Of a DNA stretch of 62,297 nucleotides, positions 35,501 through 44,683 are shown piece after piece. Position 1 is the first letter of the stretch; every line of letters starts with the position of its first letter. Under the pieces are notes generated by a model, which was not told where the DNA came from, made no database searches, and was given only the letters and a program-made list of their open reading frames with translations. A program made the position numbers and the translations under genes. Origin of the DNA: a virus (taxonomy: Duplodnaviria > Caudoviricetes); the IMG/VR virus record IMGVR_UViG_3300037493_001386, positions 1 through 62,297 of that record. The stretch is one strand, 5' to 3'.

Positions 35501-36070
35501 ATGTCTACTCAATATATCTTAGCCAATTCAATTGACTTGTTGTATGTAGTATCGGACTATGAAGGAAATATTGTAAGGTCTAATGATTTATTCAAAGAGT
35601 ATAGCAGCCATATAAAACCCAAGAAAGTTAGTGATATAATTAGTGATGATACTGAAATGGACGATTATGTTATTTCAGTAAAGAAAGCAATTGAATTATC
35701 TCCTAACCCAGTTCGTATTTATGCAAGAACTAAACAAAAGAATAGTGGATTAAGATGGAATTTGTGGAACTGCTTTGCAATACTTGGATCACTTCATTTT
35801 GTTGGTTTTCAAATTACTGATGTTACCAGTATAACTTCTCACGAACACGAAAAACAAAAGCAGTTACTGGAGGAATTTAGATTTATGCTTTCTCACGAGT
35901 TAAGGCAACCATTGACATCAGTTGCTGGAGTGGTAAAGTTACTTCTTGACAAAGGCAGTAATATTTCAGATGCCGAACAAAATGAATTATTAAATATGGT
36001 TGATGATTCAATGAAACGATTAGATGATTCAATTCATTTACTTGTAAAAAAGGCAACACGGCAGTTATGA
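35501..36070 (+). CDS. PAS-like plus HisKA (DHp) protein without an ATPase domain
   Basis: PAS/PAC-like N-terminus (D.EGNIVRSN...G..RW...ITD); H-box FMLSHELRQPLTS; ORF ends after the second DHp helix. Confidence 0.85.
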   Translation: MSTQYILANSIDLLYVVSDYEGNIVRSNDLFKEYSSHIKPKKVSDIISDDTEMDDYVISVKKAIELSPNPVRIYARTKQKNSGLRWNLWNCFAILGSLHFVGFQITDVTSITSHEHEKQKQLLEEFRFMLSHELRQPLTSVAGVVKLLLDKGSNISDAEQNELLNMVDDSMKRLDDSIHLLVKKATRQL

Positions 36071-36267
36071 AAGATTGCACTTTACCGATGGATGAGGAAG
36101 AAGCAGACGAGAGACTTCTTATTGTGGTAAAGCATTATGTTGTTGAAAGAGAGATGCCAATTTATGTTGCAAAGAATGTTTTACGAAGTAACCTAAGAGA
36201 CAAATCTTGCTTTGAAATAAAATGGGAAAAGTTCATTAAATTAATTGGTGGTTATGCAGCAAAATAA
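36067..36267 (+). CDS. Small hypothetical protein
   Basis: ATGA overlap with the PAS-HisKA gene. Confidence 0.6.
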   Translation: MKDCTLPMDEEEADERLLIVVKHYVVEREMPIYVAKNVLRSNLRDKSCFEIKWEKFIKLIGGYAAK

Positions 36268-36931
36268 TTTTGAGTCAATAGATAAAGTATTAGGTATTGT
36301 TGTTGCAATCGTACTGGTATTAATTTTAATGCATACTTGCGGAACAAATGGTCAACTGAATATTGATCATAAGAAAATGAAAGATCAAATAGAAAACTAT
36401 AAAGTTCAGCATCTTTCCGACTCAAGTAAATTAATAAGTCAGGCAATTAATTACCAAAATGAAATTGATTCAAAAGATATAGCATTAAAAAAATTAAATA
36501 TCAGGAATCCAAAAGAGGTTGTTAAAATAAAATATAAGACAATTGTTCAAACTGAAATCAAATTAAGTGATCCAATAGTAATTGACAGTTCGAACTACAT
36601 AAAGTTGCCAGTAGTCTTTTCAGATTACAATGATTGGTGGTCCATAGATGGAAGCATTGATTCATCAGGTGTGCTTAAAATAGACTCCATAGTATCTACT
36701 GGTACTTTGACCTATTCCGTTGGTGATACTCTCAGGAATGGTCTATTTAATAGGTTATTGAGGAAATATGATAGTGTTATCCGTCTGCATATTGATAACC
36801 CTACAATGTCAATATCAAATCTCTCTAATATATATATGAATAAAACACCTAAGTGGTTTCAAACTACTGCATTCAAAGTAGGTGTTGGTGTTTTGATAGG
36901 CATCGGCCTCACCAGCCAAATAGCAAAATAG
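36254..36931 (+). CDS. Spanin-like protein
   Basis: N-terminal hydrophobic helix ending at Cys (LMHTC), coiled coil, C-terminal hydrophobic helix; last gene of the lysis cassette. Confidence 0.55.
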   Translation: MQQNNFESIDKVLGIVVAIVLVLILMHTCGTNGQLNIDHKKMKDQIENYKVQHLSDSSKLISQAINYQNEIDSKDIALKKLNIRNPKEVVKIKYKTIVQTEIKLSDPIVIDSSNYIKLPVVFSDYNDWWSIDGSIDSSGVLKIDSIVSTGTLTYSVGDTLRNGLFNRLLRKYDSVIRLHIDNPTMSISNLSNIYMNKTPKWFQTTAFKVGVGVLIGIGLTSQIAK

Positions 36932-37004
36932 AAATTAGGCATTCACAATATCAATTAGTTACGTTTCGTGACCAAAAATAATTGTGTTTATTTTGATAGA
37001 GGTA

Positions 37005-37034
37005 TTGCAGATTCAAAATATAGTTTTACATTTG
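37005..37034 (+). promoter_or_regulatory. Early promoter
   Basis: TTGCAGATTCAAAA...TACATTTG. Confidence 0.7.
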
Positions 37035-37082
37035 CCTATCAATAAGTCACAAAATATTTACTTACTCACTAAATCAAACATT

Positions 37083-37235
37083 ATGAAAAGCCAACAAATT
37101 GCCAATTACATTATGAATCTTTCTAAATCAGTAGGTAAAGATTTAAACTACGCATTATCAATTGTTGAATGGTATTCAGCAACAGACAAGCAAGACAAAG
37201 AAGTTAAATTAATCCTAAATCAAATCTGGAATTAA
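37083..37235 (+). CDS. Small early protein (50 aa) spanning the junction repeat
   Basis: ATG 37083 after the promoter; its 3' part equals window positions 1-106. Confidence 0.65.
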   Translation: MKSQQIANYIMNLSKSVGKDLNYALSIVEWYSATDKQDKEVKLILNQIWN

Positions 37236-37256
37236 TAACCAACTAAGGGAGGCTCA
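37130..37256 (+). repeat. Exact 127-nt direct repeat, copy 2 (A/B junction)
   Basis: Identical to 1-127. Confidence 0.95.
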
Positions 37257-37301
37257 GACCTCACTATATTTTCATTTAATCAATCTCTAAATTTAATCAC
37301 A

Positions 37302-37499
37302 ATGAACAAACAATTTCAAATCTCAATTGAGACCAACACAACATCTGAAGGTATCTCTTCACATCAACTTTTAAAGGATGCCAAAATGTGGGTAGATATC
37401 TACCTTACCACCAAGAAGTCAGGATACATAGAGTCAGAAAATCCATCCATCGTAATTTGGGAAGGTGACTATATGGTTCAGTATATTCCTTTTTTTTAA
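37302..37499 (+). CDS. Hypothetical early protein (B only)
   Basis: 65-aa ORF. Confidence 0.6.
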   Translation: MNKQFQISIETNTTSEGISSHQLLKDAKMWVDIYLTTKKSGYIESENPSIVIWEGDYMVQYIPFF

Positions 37500-37540
37500 T
37501 CCACTAATTTTCTAATCAATCAATCCTAAATTCGTGTAAT

Positions 37541-37834
37541 ATGAAAGCATCAACATTATTTAAACTTCAAGATAATAATACCTATTTCCATTACGACCAT
37601 ATCAACGGGTCAATGATTACCATCGTGAATGATGGTTGTTACAAAGGCATCTTTACAAGGTGTGATTCTAACTGCGCTATGATGGTTAGACAATACTTCA
37701 AAGAAGACCATCACAACGTACCTATGGAGTATAGAGATTACCAGCCTATCTCAGTTGATGAATGGGTAACAGCCTATGATAAGGCATTAGCTAAATTAGA
37801 AGAGACTGCTACAATAATGTTTAAATCACTTTAA
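37541..37834 (+). CDS. Conserved hypothetical protein
   Basis: Homolog of 1451-1744. Confidence 0.85.
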   Translation: MKASTLFKLQDNNTYFHYDHINGSMITIVNDGCYKGIFTRCDSNCAMMVRQYFKEDHHNVPMEYRDYQPISVDEWVTAYDKALAKLEETATIMFKSL

Positions 37835-37861
37835 TTTTTACTAAATAAATCCAAATCAATT

Positions 37862-38572
37862 ATGTTACCAACACTAAACGCTCCCATCGGTGGAGACTCA
37901 AACTACAGCAACAAGATAGCACCAGTAGGTATGCATCTTGCAAGAATCTATCAAATCATTGACTTAGGAACTACAGAGCAAACTGGTCAATTTGGTGGAA
38001 AAAAAAGAAAGGTTCAAATCCTTTTTGAACTACCATTAGAGACTGCGGTCTTTGACCCTGAAAAGGGTGAGCAACCATTCTACGCACGTAATATGTATAC
38101 CTTGTCAATGCACGAGAAAAGCACTCTAAGAAAAGATGTTCACTCTATTGAGGGTAAGACATTGACTGAGGATGAAGCTAAGAAGTACAATGTGTTTTCT
38201 TTAATTGGTAGAGAATGTATGGTCAACATCATTCACAAACAAAGTGGTGAAAAGACCTTCGCTAACATTCAAACTATCACACCACTACCTAAAGGAATGG
38301 TTTGTCCACCAGCTGTGAACCCACCACTTATATTCTCAACTCAACAACCTGATATGGTTGTGTTCAGGACACTACCTGAGTTCGTACAAGATAAGATTAA
38401 GTTGAGTGATGAATTTATAGCATACATGAATGCTGAAATGTCAGCTAACTACCCAGCTAATAAACCAGCACCAACACCACTACCTACATTCACAATTGAG
38501 AAAGGTGTTAACCCAAGTGATTTCGATTGGATGCAAGGTGAACAAGAAGACCCTACTAAATTACCATTTTAA
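37862..38572 (+). CDS. SSB-like protein
   Basis: Homolog of 1772-2479. Confidence 0.65.
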   Translation: MLPTLNAPIGGDSNYSNKIAPVGMHLARIYQIIDLGTTEQTGQFGGKKRKVQILFELPLETAVFDPEKGEQPFYARNMYTLSMHEKSTLRKDVHSIEGKTLTEDEAKKYNVFSLIGRECMVNIIHKQSGEKTFANIQTITPLPKGMVCPPAVNPPLIFSTQQPDMVVFRTLPEFVQDKIKLSDEFIAYMNAEMSANYPANKPAPTPLPTFTIEKGVNPSDFDWMQGEQEDPTKLPF

Positions 38573-38581
38573 TTAATCAAT

Positions 38582-38605
38582 GGAGGGTGTAATAGCCCTC
38601 CTTTA
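38582..38605 (+). terminator. Hairpin / terminator
   Basis: GGAGGG-tgtaatag-CCCTCC-ttt. Confidence 0.55.
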
Positions 38606-38620
38606 AAAACCTTTACTCAA

Positions 38621-39280
38621 ATGAAAAATACTAAGTCAGAAATATTACTCAAGGTTGATTCACTCTATGAAGTCATCAACCATTCAAATACATTAAAGAC
38701 TCAACAACTAATCAAAGATGCACCATCTAAGGTAGAAGACAAACTATCTTATGACATTACTGAGCATACTATCAAATTAGCAAATGAAGTTCTTAAAACG
38801 ATTGAATCAAGTCGTAAGGCTATTACCTCACCATTGGATGCATACAAAAAGCAAATAATGGAGATTGAGAAAGAAGCAGTTGAGCCACTAAAGAAGTACA
38901 TTGAATCAGCTAAGATTAAGATGTTAGCCTACAATGAAGAACTTGAGAAAGTGCAACGTGAGGCAAATGAGAAACTAAGGATTGAATCTGAGAAAGCATT
39001 AGAAGATGCACCCTTTGATGTATTTAATACACTTGCTGGTTACTTTGTTGACCAAGCAGTTAGCATCAATACTGAGCAACCTAAGAACATAAGGGTGACT
39101 AAGAAAGCAAGAATCAATGGTGAGGTGAATTGGTCAATGGTACTTAATGTCTTATTTGCTGCTGAGGTATTAGATTATCAAGAACTACTCACACCACTTG
39201 CTAAAGCTATGGAAAAATGCGGAGTAGTTAAGATTGATGGTATTGAGATTTACGACCATAAAACACAAGTAATAAGATGA
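38621..39280 (+). CDS. Coiled-coil protein of the recombination module
   Basis: Homolog of 2573-3223. Confidence 0.65.
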   Translation: MKNTKSEILLKVDSLYEVINHSNTLKTQQLIKDAPSKVEDKLSYDITEHTIKLANEVLKTIESSRKAITSPLDAYKKQIMEIEKEAVEPLKKYIESAKIKMLAYNEELEKVQREANEKLRIESEKALEDAPFDVFNTLAGYFVDQAVSINTEQPKNIRVTKKARINGEVNWSMVLNVLFAAEVLDYQELLTPLAKAMEKCGVVKIDGIEIYDHKTQVIR

Positions 39281-39894
39281 CACGTGACCAATTCGTTTAC
39301 TACCCAGCACTATCTTGTTCAAGAATTAAGAAACACTATACTGGTGACATTAGTTATGCAAAGGTAGCCTTAGAATTAGGTGTTAGCCTACACCATCAGT
39401 TGTTAGACCTTAGACCTGAAGATATGAACCTTGAAGCATTTAACGTACACAAGGCAATATCTAACCACCCAGTAGCTAAGAGAATAATGGAAGGTGCAAT
39501 AAATGAATACCCACTAATCAAAGAGGTGAACATAGGTAGGCATACAATAGAAGCTAAAGGTATGTTTGACATCTACAATGAAAAGTTAAATGTGATAGCA
39601 GACATCAAAACCACATCAGCTAAAACCTTAGATGTGTTTGCATCCGACATGGTCAAGCACTACAATCACATTCAAGCGGTATGGTATTCACTACTTGCTG
39701 GAATTGACCCTAAGAACTTCTTTTACATTGGTGTAACTGCAAGGTCTAAAAAGACTAATAGCACATCGGATAGCATCTTAGTATATAGACATAGTGATAA
39801 TGAGATTGCAGATGGTTACAAGTTAATTACTGGGTATCTTGACATCAACATTAATGAACTCAAATCACATTTTAATTCATCTTATAAATCATAA
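39277..39894 (+). CDS. PD-(D/E)XK exonuclease
   Basis: Homolog of 3724-4332. Confidence 0.8.
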   Translation: MTRDQFVYYPALSCSRIKKHYTGDISYAKVALELGVSLHHQLLDLRPEDMNLEAFNVHKAISNHPVAKRIMEGAINEYPLIKEVNIGRHTIEAKGMFDIYNEKLNVIADIKTTSAKTLDVFASDMVKHYNHIQAVWYSLLAGIDPKNFFYIGVTARSKKTNSTSDSILVYRHSDNEIADGYKLITGYLDININELKSHFNSSYKS

Positions 39895-39896
39895 CA

Positions 39897-40136
39897 ATGA
39901 AAAACGAAACTGCAATTCAAATAATACTAAGATTACTTAGTTCACATGATAAGTTGAATAAAGAATGTCCTGAAGTTCTTGAAGTCATTGAAAGTTATTT
40001 AACTATTGAACAGATTCAAATTACATCTGCTTGGAATGATGGTTATTTGTTAGGTGTAAATGGCTTTATACTTGAGAATTATAGCACTGGTAAAGGGTAC
40101 TACGAACAACTATACAAGGTGACTAATGAAGTCTGA
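39897..40136 (+). CDS. Hypothetical protein (ETAI...EQIQI..AW.DG...YY type)
   Basis: Occupies the slot of the A zincin gene; resembles 9760. Confidence 0.65.
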   Translation: MKNETAIQIILRLLSSHDKLNKECPEVLEVIESYLTIEQIQITSAWNDGYLLGVNGFILENYSTGKGYYEQLYKVTNEV

Positions 40137-40590
40137 ACTAATTGAACACATTGAATATCTAACTGGTAAGTCAATCAAGTTTAAAGAGATTGAAGATAGA
40201 TATGTGATTGGTGTTAAGAGATGGTTTCTTTGTGGTGGTGACCTACCATCAACTGACATAGCTAAGTACCTTGACATCAACCACAATAAGTTAACTCTAC
40301 TGATTCAGAAACAGATGTCTAAGATAACTGGTGTTAAGTTAAAAAATGAAGCACCAGTAGTTGAGGTAATGTATACACCATCTTCATTAGAAAGGCTCTA
40401 TCCTAAGTCATATCGTTATGAGTGGTTACCAGTATATGAACTCAACTACTATCTTTACCTTGCAAATAATTCAAGAAGTCAACTAATCCACAACTATAAA
40501 CTATTCTTAAATGAGTCACGAAGTAGAGATTTACAAAGTCATAGCAAAGTATCTAAGCATCAAACACCCAAAAATAATATTCAGATTTGA
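40126..40590 (+). CDS. Conserved hypothetical protein, HTH-like
   Basis: Homolog of 4687. Confidence 0.7.
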   Translation: MKSELIEHIEYLTGKSIKFKEIEDRYVIGVKRWFLCGGDLPSTDIAKYLDINHNKLTLLIQKQMSKITGVKLKNEAPVVEVMYTPSSLERLYPKSYRYEWLPVYELNYYLYLANNSRSQLIHNYKLFLNESRSRDLQSHSKVSKHQTPKNNIQI

Positions 40591-40894
40591 CTTTGCTGCT
40601 GGTATGTACCTTAGTCCATATATGGCTACTAAGCATAGGTCACAGAATCCAATCAAAGGTTACCCTGACTTATTCATTGCCTTACCACGTGGTAACTTTG
40701 CTGGTCTATTCATTGAGATTAAGACTGAGAAAGCTAACCCATTTAAAAAGGATGGTACATTGAAAGCTAATGAGCATACTGAACGTCAAGCAGAAGTATT
40801 GAAAGCATTAAATGAAGTTGGTTATGCTGCACTATTTTCTACTGGAGTAGACGAAACAATAAAAGTTATTGAATCATACATAAATCAAGAATGA
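40511..40894 (+). CDS. VRR-NUC domain nuclease
   Basis: Homolog of 5072. Confidence 0.85.
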   Translation: MSHEVEIYKVIAKYLSIKHPKIIFRFDFAAGMYLSPYMATKHRSQNPIKGYPDLFIALPRGNFAGLFIEIKTEKANPFKKDGTLKANEHTERQAEVLKALNEVGYAALFSTGVDETIKVIESYINQE

Positions 40895-41067
40895 TGGAAA
40901 TTGAAGAAAATGAAAACAAAATAATGGTTGAAATAACTCTTATTGAAAAAGATATAAGAAGTATTAAACTTTGGGAAAAACTTGTAAAAGAGCTTGATGT
41001 ATTAAAAGACAATAACTATACAGCAAGAATACTTTTTGATTATATAGAAAAGCATTATGGAATTTAA
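40891..41067 (+). CDS. Small hypothetical protein (58 aa, below the ORF-track cutoff)
   Basis: ATGA overlap with the VRR-NUC stop; open frame MMEIEENENK...HYGI. Confidence 0.55.
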   Translation: MMEIEENENKIMVEITLIEKDIRSIKLWEKLVKELDVLKDNNYTARILFDYIEKHYGI

Positions 41068-41317
41068 AGAAATCAAAGACAAAGAAAAATACTTAAAAAA
41101 GAATTATCCATTTGATGATGTGCCAAAACTAACTGAGATAAAGCATTGTGTTCATTGTGGTCAAAACTTTTTAGTTGGAGATTATAAAGTACATCTTGAG
41201 TATAATTCTTTTGCAAAGAAAAAAATAGAATACATTGTCTGTCCTTATGCACCTGATTGTAGTGGTAGTGTAATTGATTGGTTTACTTTAGAAGATGAAG
41301 ATTTAGATATTGATTAA
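41057..41317 (+). CDS. Zinc-ribbon protein (B only)
   Basis: CVHC...CPYAPDC. Confidence 0.7.
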   Translation: MEFKEIKDKEKYLKKNYPFDDVPKLTEIKHCVHCGQNFLVGDYKVHLEYNSFAKKKIEYIVCPYAPDCSGSVIDWFTLEDEDLDID

Positions 41318-41329
41318 TCAATAAAAAAA

Positions 41330-41409
41330 TTGACACGATGTCAATGGGGTGGGCGGTTGTTACAAATACAAAATAATTTAAGGGAGTAATTGAACTGCCC
41401 ACTTTTTTT
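41330..41409 (+). promoter_or_regulatory. Inverted repeats / long-loop hairpin upstream of the helicase
   Basis: TTGACA-cga-TGTCAA; GTGGGCGGTT...AACTGCCCAC then T7. Confidence 0.45.
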
Positions 41410-41432
41410 AACTCACAATAAAAATAACTACT

Positions 41433-42800
41433 ATGAACGAGTACGAAAAATTTTTAGAACAAAAAAAACATTCAATTGGTAATTTTGGATTTGATGCTAA
41501 TTACATTCCTGATATAGCATTTGACTTTCAAAAGTATATAATTGAGAAAGCAATTAAAAAAGGACGTATTGCAATATTTGCTGATACTGGATTAGGTAAG
41601 ACATTAATTCAATTATCAATTGCAAATAATATTATAAGAGAAACAAATAAGAAAGTATTAATCTTAACACCATTAGCAGTTGCATTTCAATTTATTTTAG
41701 AAGCAGAAAAGTTAGGTATTGATGACATTGAGTATTCAAAGGATGGTAAGCATACTAAGAAAATAGTAATCTGCAATTATGAGAGATTACATTACTTTGA
41801 TTCTAATGATTTTATTGGTGTTATCTTAGATGAAAGTTCAATCTTAAAAAACTTTGATGGTGCTATTAAAAATCAGGTAACAACATTTGTAAAAAAGATT
41901 CCTTATAGATTTTTATCTACTGCTACACCATCACCTAATGACTTTATTGAATTAGGTACAAGTAGTGAGGCATTAGGATATATGGGTTATATGGATATGT
42001 TAGGAAAGTTTTTTAAAAACAATCAAAACTCAGTTGATTCTAATAATAGAAACATTGGTGAAAAGTTTTACTTAAAACCCCACGCTGAAAAAGATTTCTT
42101 TGCATGGGTTAATCAATGGTCAATTATGGTTAAGATGCCGTCTGACATAGGATTTTCAAATGAAAGATATAATCTACCTGAGTTAATAGTTAATAAGCAT
42201 ATTGTAGAGAATCAATCAATGATTGATGCTTATGGTCAAATTCAATTATTTACACCAGTAGCAAAGTCAATGACTGAGGTAAGACACGAACAAAAGAAAA
42301 CAGAATCAATTAGATGTGAGAAAGCAATTGAATTAGCTAATGGTAAAACAAGTGTATACTGGTGCAATACTAATAATGAAAGCAGCATCTTAAAAAGTTT
42401 AGATAAGGAAGCAGTAGAAATTATAGGTAGTCAGTCAATAGAACGTAAAGAAGAGATTCTATTAGCATTTGCAAATGGTGATATTAAAAGATTAATCACT
42501 AAAGCTAAGATGACATCTATGGGTCTTAACTGGCAGCATTGTAATCACTCTGTATTTTTTCCTACATGGTCTTATGAGCAATATTATCAAGCTATAAGAA
42601 GGTTTTGGAGATTTGGTCAAAAGAATGATGTTACTATTGACATGGTTATTTCAGATGGTCAAACAAGGGTAATAGAAGCATTACAACAAAAAACAAAAAA
42701 GGCAATTGAATTACATGAGAATCTAACAAAAAATGTAAATAGTACATTTACAAACATCACAAAAGAGTTTAACCAGCAAATAATCAAACCTAAATTTTAA
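41433..42800 (+). CDS. SNF2-like superfamily 2 helicase (B only)
   Basis: ADTGLGKT, ILDESS, TATP, GLNWQ, QAIRRFWRFGQ. Confidence 0.9.
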   Translation: MNEYEKFLEQKKHSIGNFGFDANYIPDIAFDFQKYIIEKAIKKGRIAIFADTGLGKTLIQLSIANNIIRETNKKVLILTPLAVAFQFILEAEKLGIDDIEYSKDGKHTKKIVICNYERLHYFDSNDFIGVILDESSILKNFDGAIKNQVTTFVKKIPYRFLSTATPSPNDFIELGTSSEALGYMGYMDMLGKFFKNNQNSVDSNNRNIGEKFYLKPHAEKDFFAWVNQWSIMVKMPSDIGFSNERYNLPELIVNKHIVENQSMIDAYGQIQLFTPVAKSMTEVRHEQKKTESIRCEKAIELANGKTSVYWCNTNNESSILKSLDKEAVEIIGSQSIERKEEILLAFANGDIKRLITKAKMTSMGLNWQHCNHSVFFPTWSYEQYYQAIRRFWRFGQKNDVTIDMVISDGQTRVIEALQQKTKKAIELHENLTKNVNSTFTNITKEFNQQIIKPKF

Positions 42801-42805
42801 TAACT

Positions 42806-43819
42806 ATGAACAACAAAGTAAAAGACCAAATTGTAACAGACAGATACGCTATGTATAATAGTGATTGTATGTTAGTCATGCCAACTATTGAAGATGAATC
42901 AATAGACCTAAGTGTATATAGTCCACCATTTGCAGGATTATATAACTACTCAAGTTCAGAAAATGACTTTAGTAATTGTGAAAGCAAAGAACAATTTTTA
43001 GAGCAGTATGAATTTCTTATTAAAGAAGTTGCAAGGGTAACTAAGAAAGGTAGAATAACTGCAGTTCATTGTACTGATGTATTTGATAATACTTGTAGAC
43101 TTTGGGATTTTCCAAATGAGATTATTAGACTGCATACTAAATATGGTTTTGAATATCGTAATAGAATTACAATTTGGAAAGAGCCACTAAAAGTTAGAAT
43201 GCGTACAATGGTACAATCATTAATGCATAAATTCATAGTAGAAGATTCTACAAAGTGTTTTACTGCTATGCCTGACTATGTATTAATATTTACTAAGAAA
43301 GGAGATAATCAAGTCCCAGTTACACATGAGTTTGGAATTAATCATTATGCTGGTGAAATTCCAATCTTACCAAATATTTTAAGAGCATGGAATAATGCTA
43401 ATAAATCAGATTTAAATGAAGAGCAACTATGGGTGCATCTAAATAATATAAATGAAGATGGTAAGATAACTAAGTTGAATCATTATATATGGCAGCGTTA
43501 CGCATCAAGTGTATGGGATGACATTAGAATTGATAATGTACTACCATTTAGAGACTCTAAAGAAGAGGATGATGAAAAGCACGTACACCCACTTCAATTA
43601 GACGTTATTGATAGGATAGTTGAATTATACTCAAATCCTAATGAAGTTGTATTAACTCCTTTTATGGGTGTAGGTAGTGAGGTGTTTAGTCCAGTTTCAA
43701 TGGGTCGTAAGGCAATTGGTATAGAGTTAAAAGATTCTTACTTCAAACAAGCTAAGTTAAACCTACAAGAAGCAGATAATAGATTTAAAAAAGAAAGTAA
43801 ATTTTTGAAATTATTTTAG
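42806..43819 (+). CDS. Beta-class N4-C/N6-A DNA methyltransferase (B only)
   Basis: SIDLSVYSPPF (motif IV) precedes HVHP...VLTPFMGVGS...GIEL (motif I). Confidence 0.85.
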   Translation: MNNKVKDQIVTDRYAMYNSDCMLVMPTIEDESIDLSVYSPPFAGLYNYSSSENDFSNCESKEQFLEQYEFLIKEVARVTKKGRITAVHCTDVFDNTCRLWDFPNEIIRLHTKYGFEYRNRITIWKEPLKVRMRTMVQSLMHKFIVEDSTKCFTAMPDYVLIFTKKGDNQVPVTHEFGINHYAGEIPILPNILRAWNNANKSDLNEEQLWVHLNNINEDGKITKLNHYIWQRYASSVWDDIRIDNVLPFRDSKEEDDEKHVHPLQLDVIDRIVELYSNPNEVVLTPFMGVGSEVFSPVSMGRKAIGIELKDSYFKQAKLNLQEADNRFKKESKFLKLF

Positions 43820-43830
43820 TAACTTAGCAC

Positions 43831-43943
43831 CATTCAGAGGTAGTATCCTGAATAGATTGTAAAACATTGTCACCCTATGGTGACTGAGAGACTAAGAGTA
43901 AAATCAAGGTCGATACTACCTCAGTCCTCATAGGGTATTTTTT
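43831..43943 (+). ncRNA. Structured leader RNA upstream of the initiator (homolog of 5472-5581)
   Basis: Same stems, with compensatory changes. Confidence 0.75.
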
Positions 43944-43948
43944 ATGAT

Positions 43949-44587
43949 ATGAATAGCAGAGATACTTGCATCTTTTATCGGTCAATGTTTGAATCAATAA
44001 AAGAACTACCTAAAGAGAATCAGGCTGAGTTATACAATGCCATATTTGAATACTCATTAGACTTTGTTGAGCCTACTTTGAGTGGTCTATCAATGACCAT
44101 ATGGAGATTGATAAGACCAGTATTAGAGAAAGGTAATACTAACTATATCAATGGAAGTAAACCGAAATCAAAGCAAACAATAAGCGAATTAGAAGCGAAA
44201 GTGAAGCGAATTAGAAGCGAAAGCCAAGCCTATAAGGATAAGGATAAGGATAAGGATAAAGATGAAGATATAGATAAGGATAAAGTTAAAAGTGCTAAAG
44301 CACCATCATTCAAATCATTTACACCTCAAGACCTCATTAACCAAATGAAACCACTAATAGATAAGTTTGGCAAAGATACTTGTAATGCTTTCTACTCTTA
44401 TTGGTCTGAACCATTAGCCAATGGTAAGATGAGATTGACAAATGAAAAGGCTTGGGATACACATAGAAGGTTAGCATCTTGGAAACAAAGAGAAAAACAA
44501 CCTACTACCAACTTTGTCAAACAATTACCAGCGGTCTTCAATCGTAGTTCACAAGGTCAAAAATATGTAGGTGACGATGTGATTTAA
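43949..44587 (+). CDS. Replication initiator (DUF6291-like)
   Basis: Homolog of 5595. Confidence 0.75.
   Translation: MNSRDTCIFYRSMFESIKELPKENQAELYNAIFEYSLDFVEPTLSGLSMTIWRLIRPVLEKGNTNYINGSKPKSKQTISELEAKVKRIRSESQAYKDKDKDKDKDEDIDKDKVKSAKAPSFKSFTPQDLINQMKPLIDKFGKDTCNAFYSYWSEPLANGKMRLTNEKAWDTHRRLASWKQREKQPTTNFVKQLPAVFNRSSQGQKYVGDDVI
44171..44258 (+). repeat. Putative origin iterons
   Basis: AAGCnnA at 44171, 44182, 44193, 44204, 44215 and 44226, then TAAGGA repeats. Confidence 0.7.
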
Positions 44588-44618
44588 AAAAATAAATAAA
44601 AATAATTTTATGAATGTA

Positions 44619-44647
44619 TTGCATAATCAAAATAATGTCTATATTTG
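44619..44647 (+). promoter_or_regulatory. Promoter
   Basis: TTGCATAATCAAAA...TATATTTG. Confidence 0.7.
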
Positions 44648-44683
44648 CCTATCAATAATTCACTAATCAATTACTCAAACGAT

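Larger units (their letters stand above)
1..37129 (+). mobile_element. Phage genome A, apparently complete (about 37.1 kb), siphovirus-like, probable Bacteroidota host
   Basis: Replication, terminase, tail, portal, capsid and lysis genes all present; bases 1-127 recur exactly at 37130-37256. Confidence 0.9.

Noticed and set aside
36067-36931. Split or frameshifted HATPase or response regulator completing the histidine kinase
   Set aside because: No N, G1, F or G2 boxes or receiver motifs are seen in the downstream ORFs.
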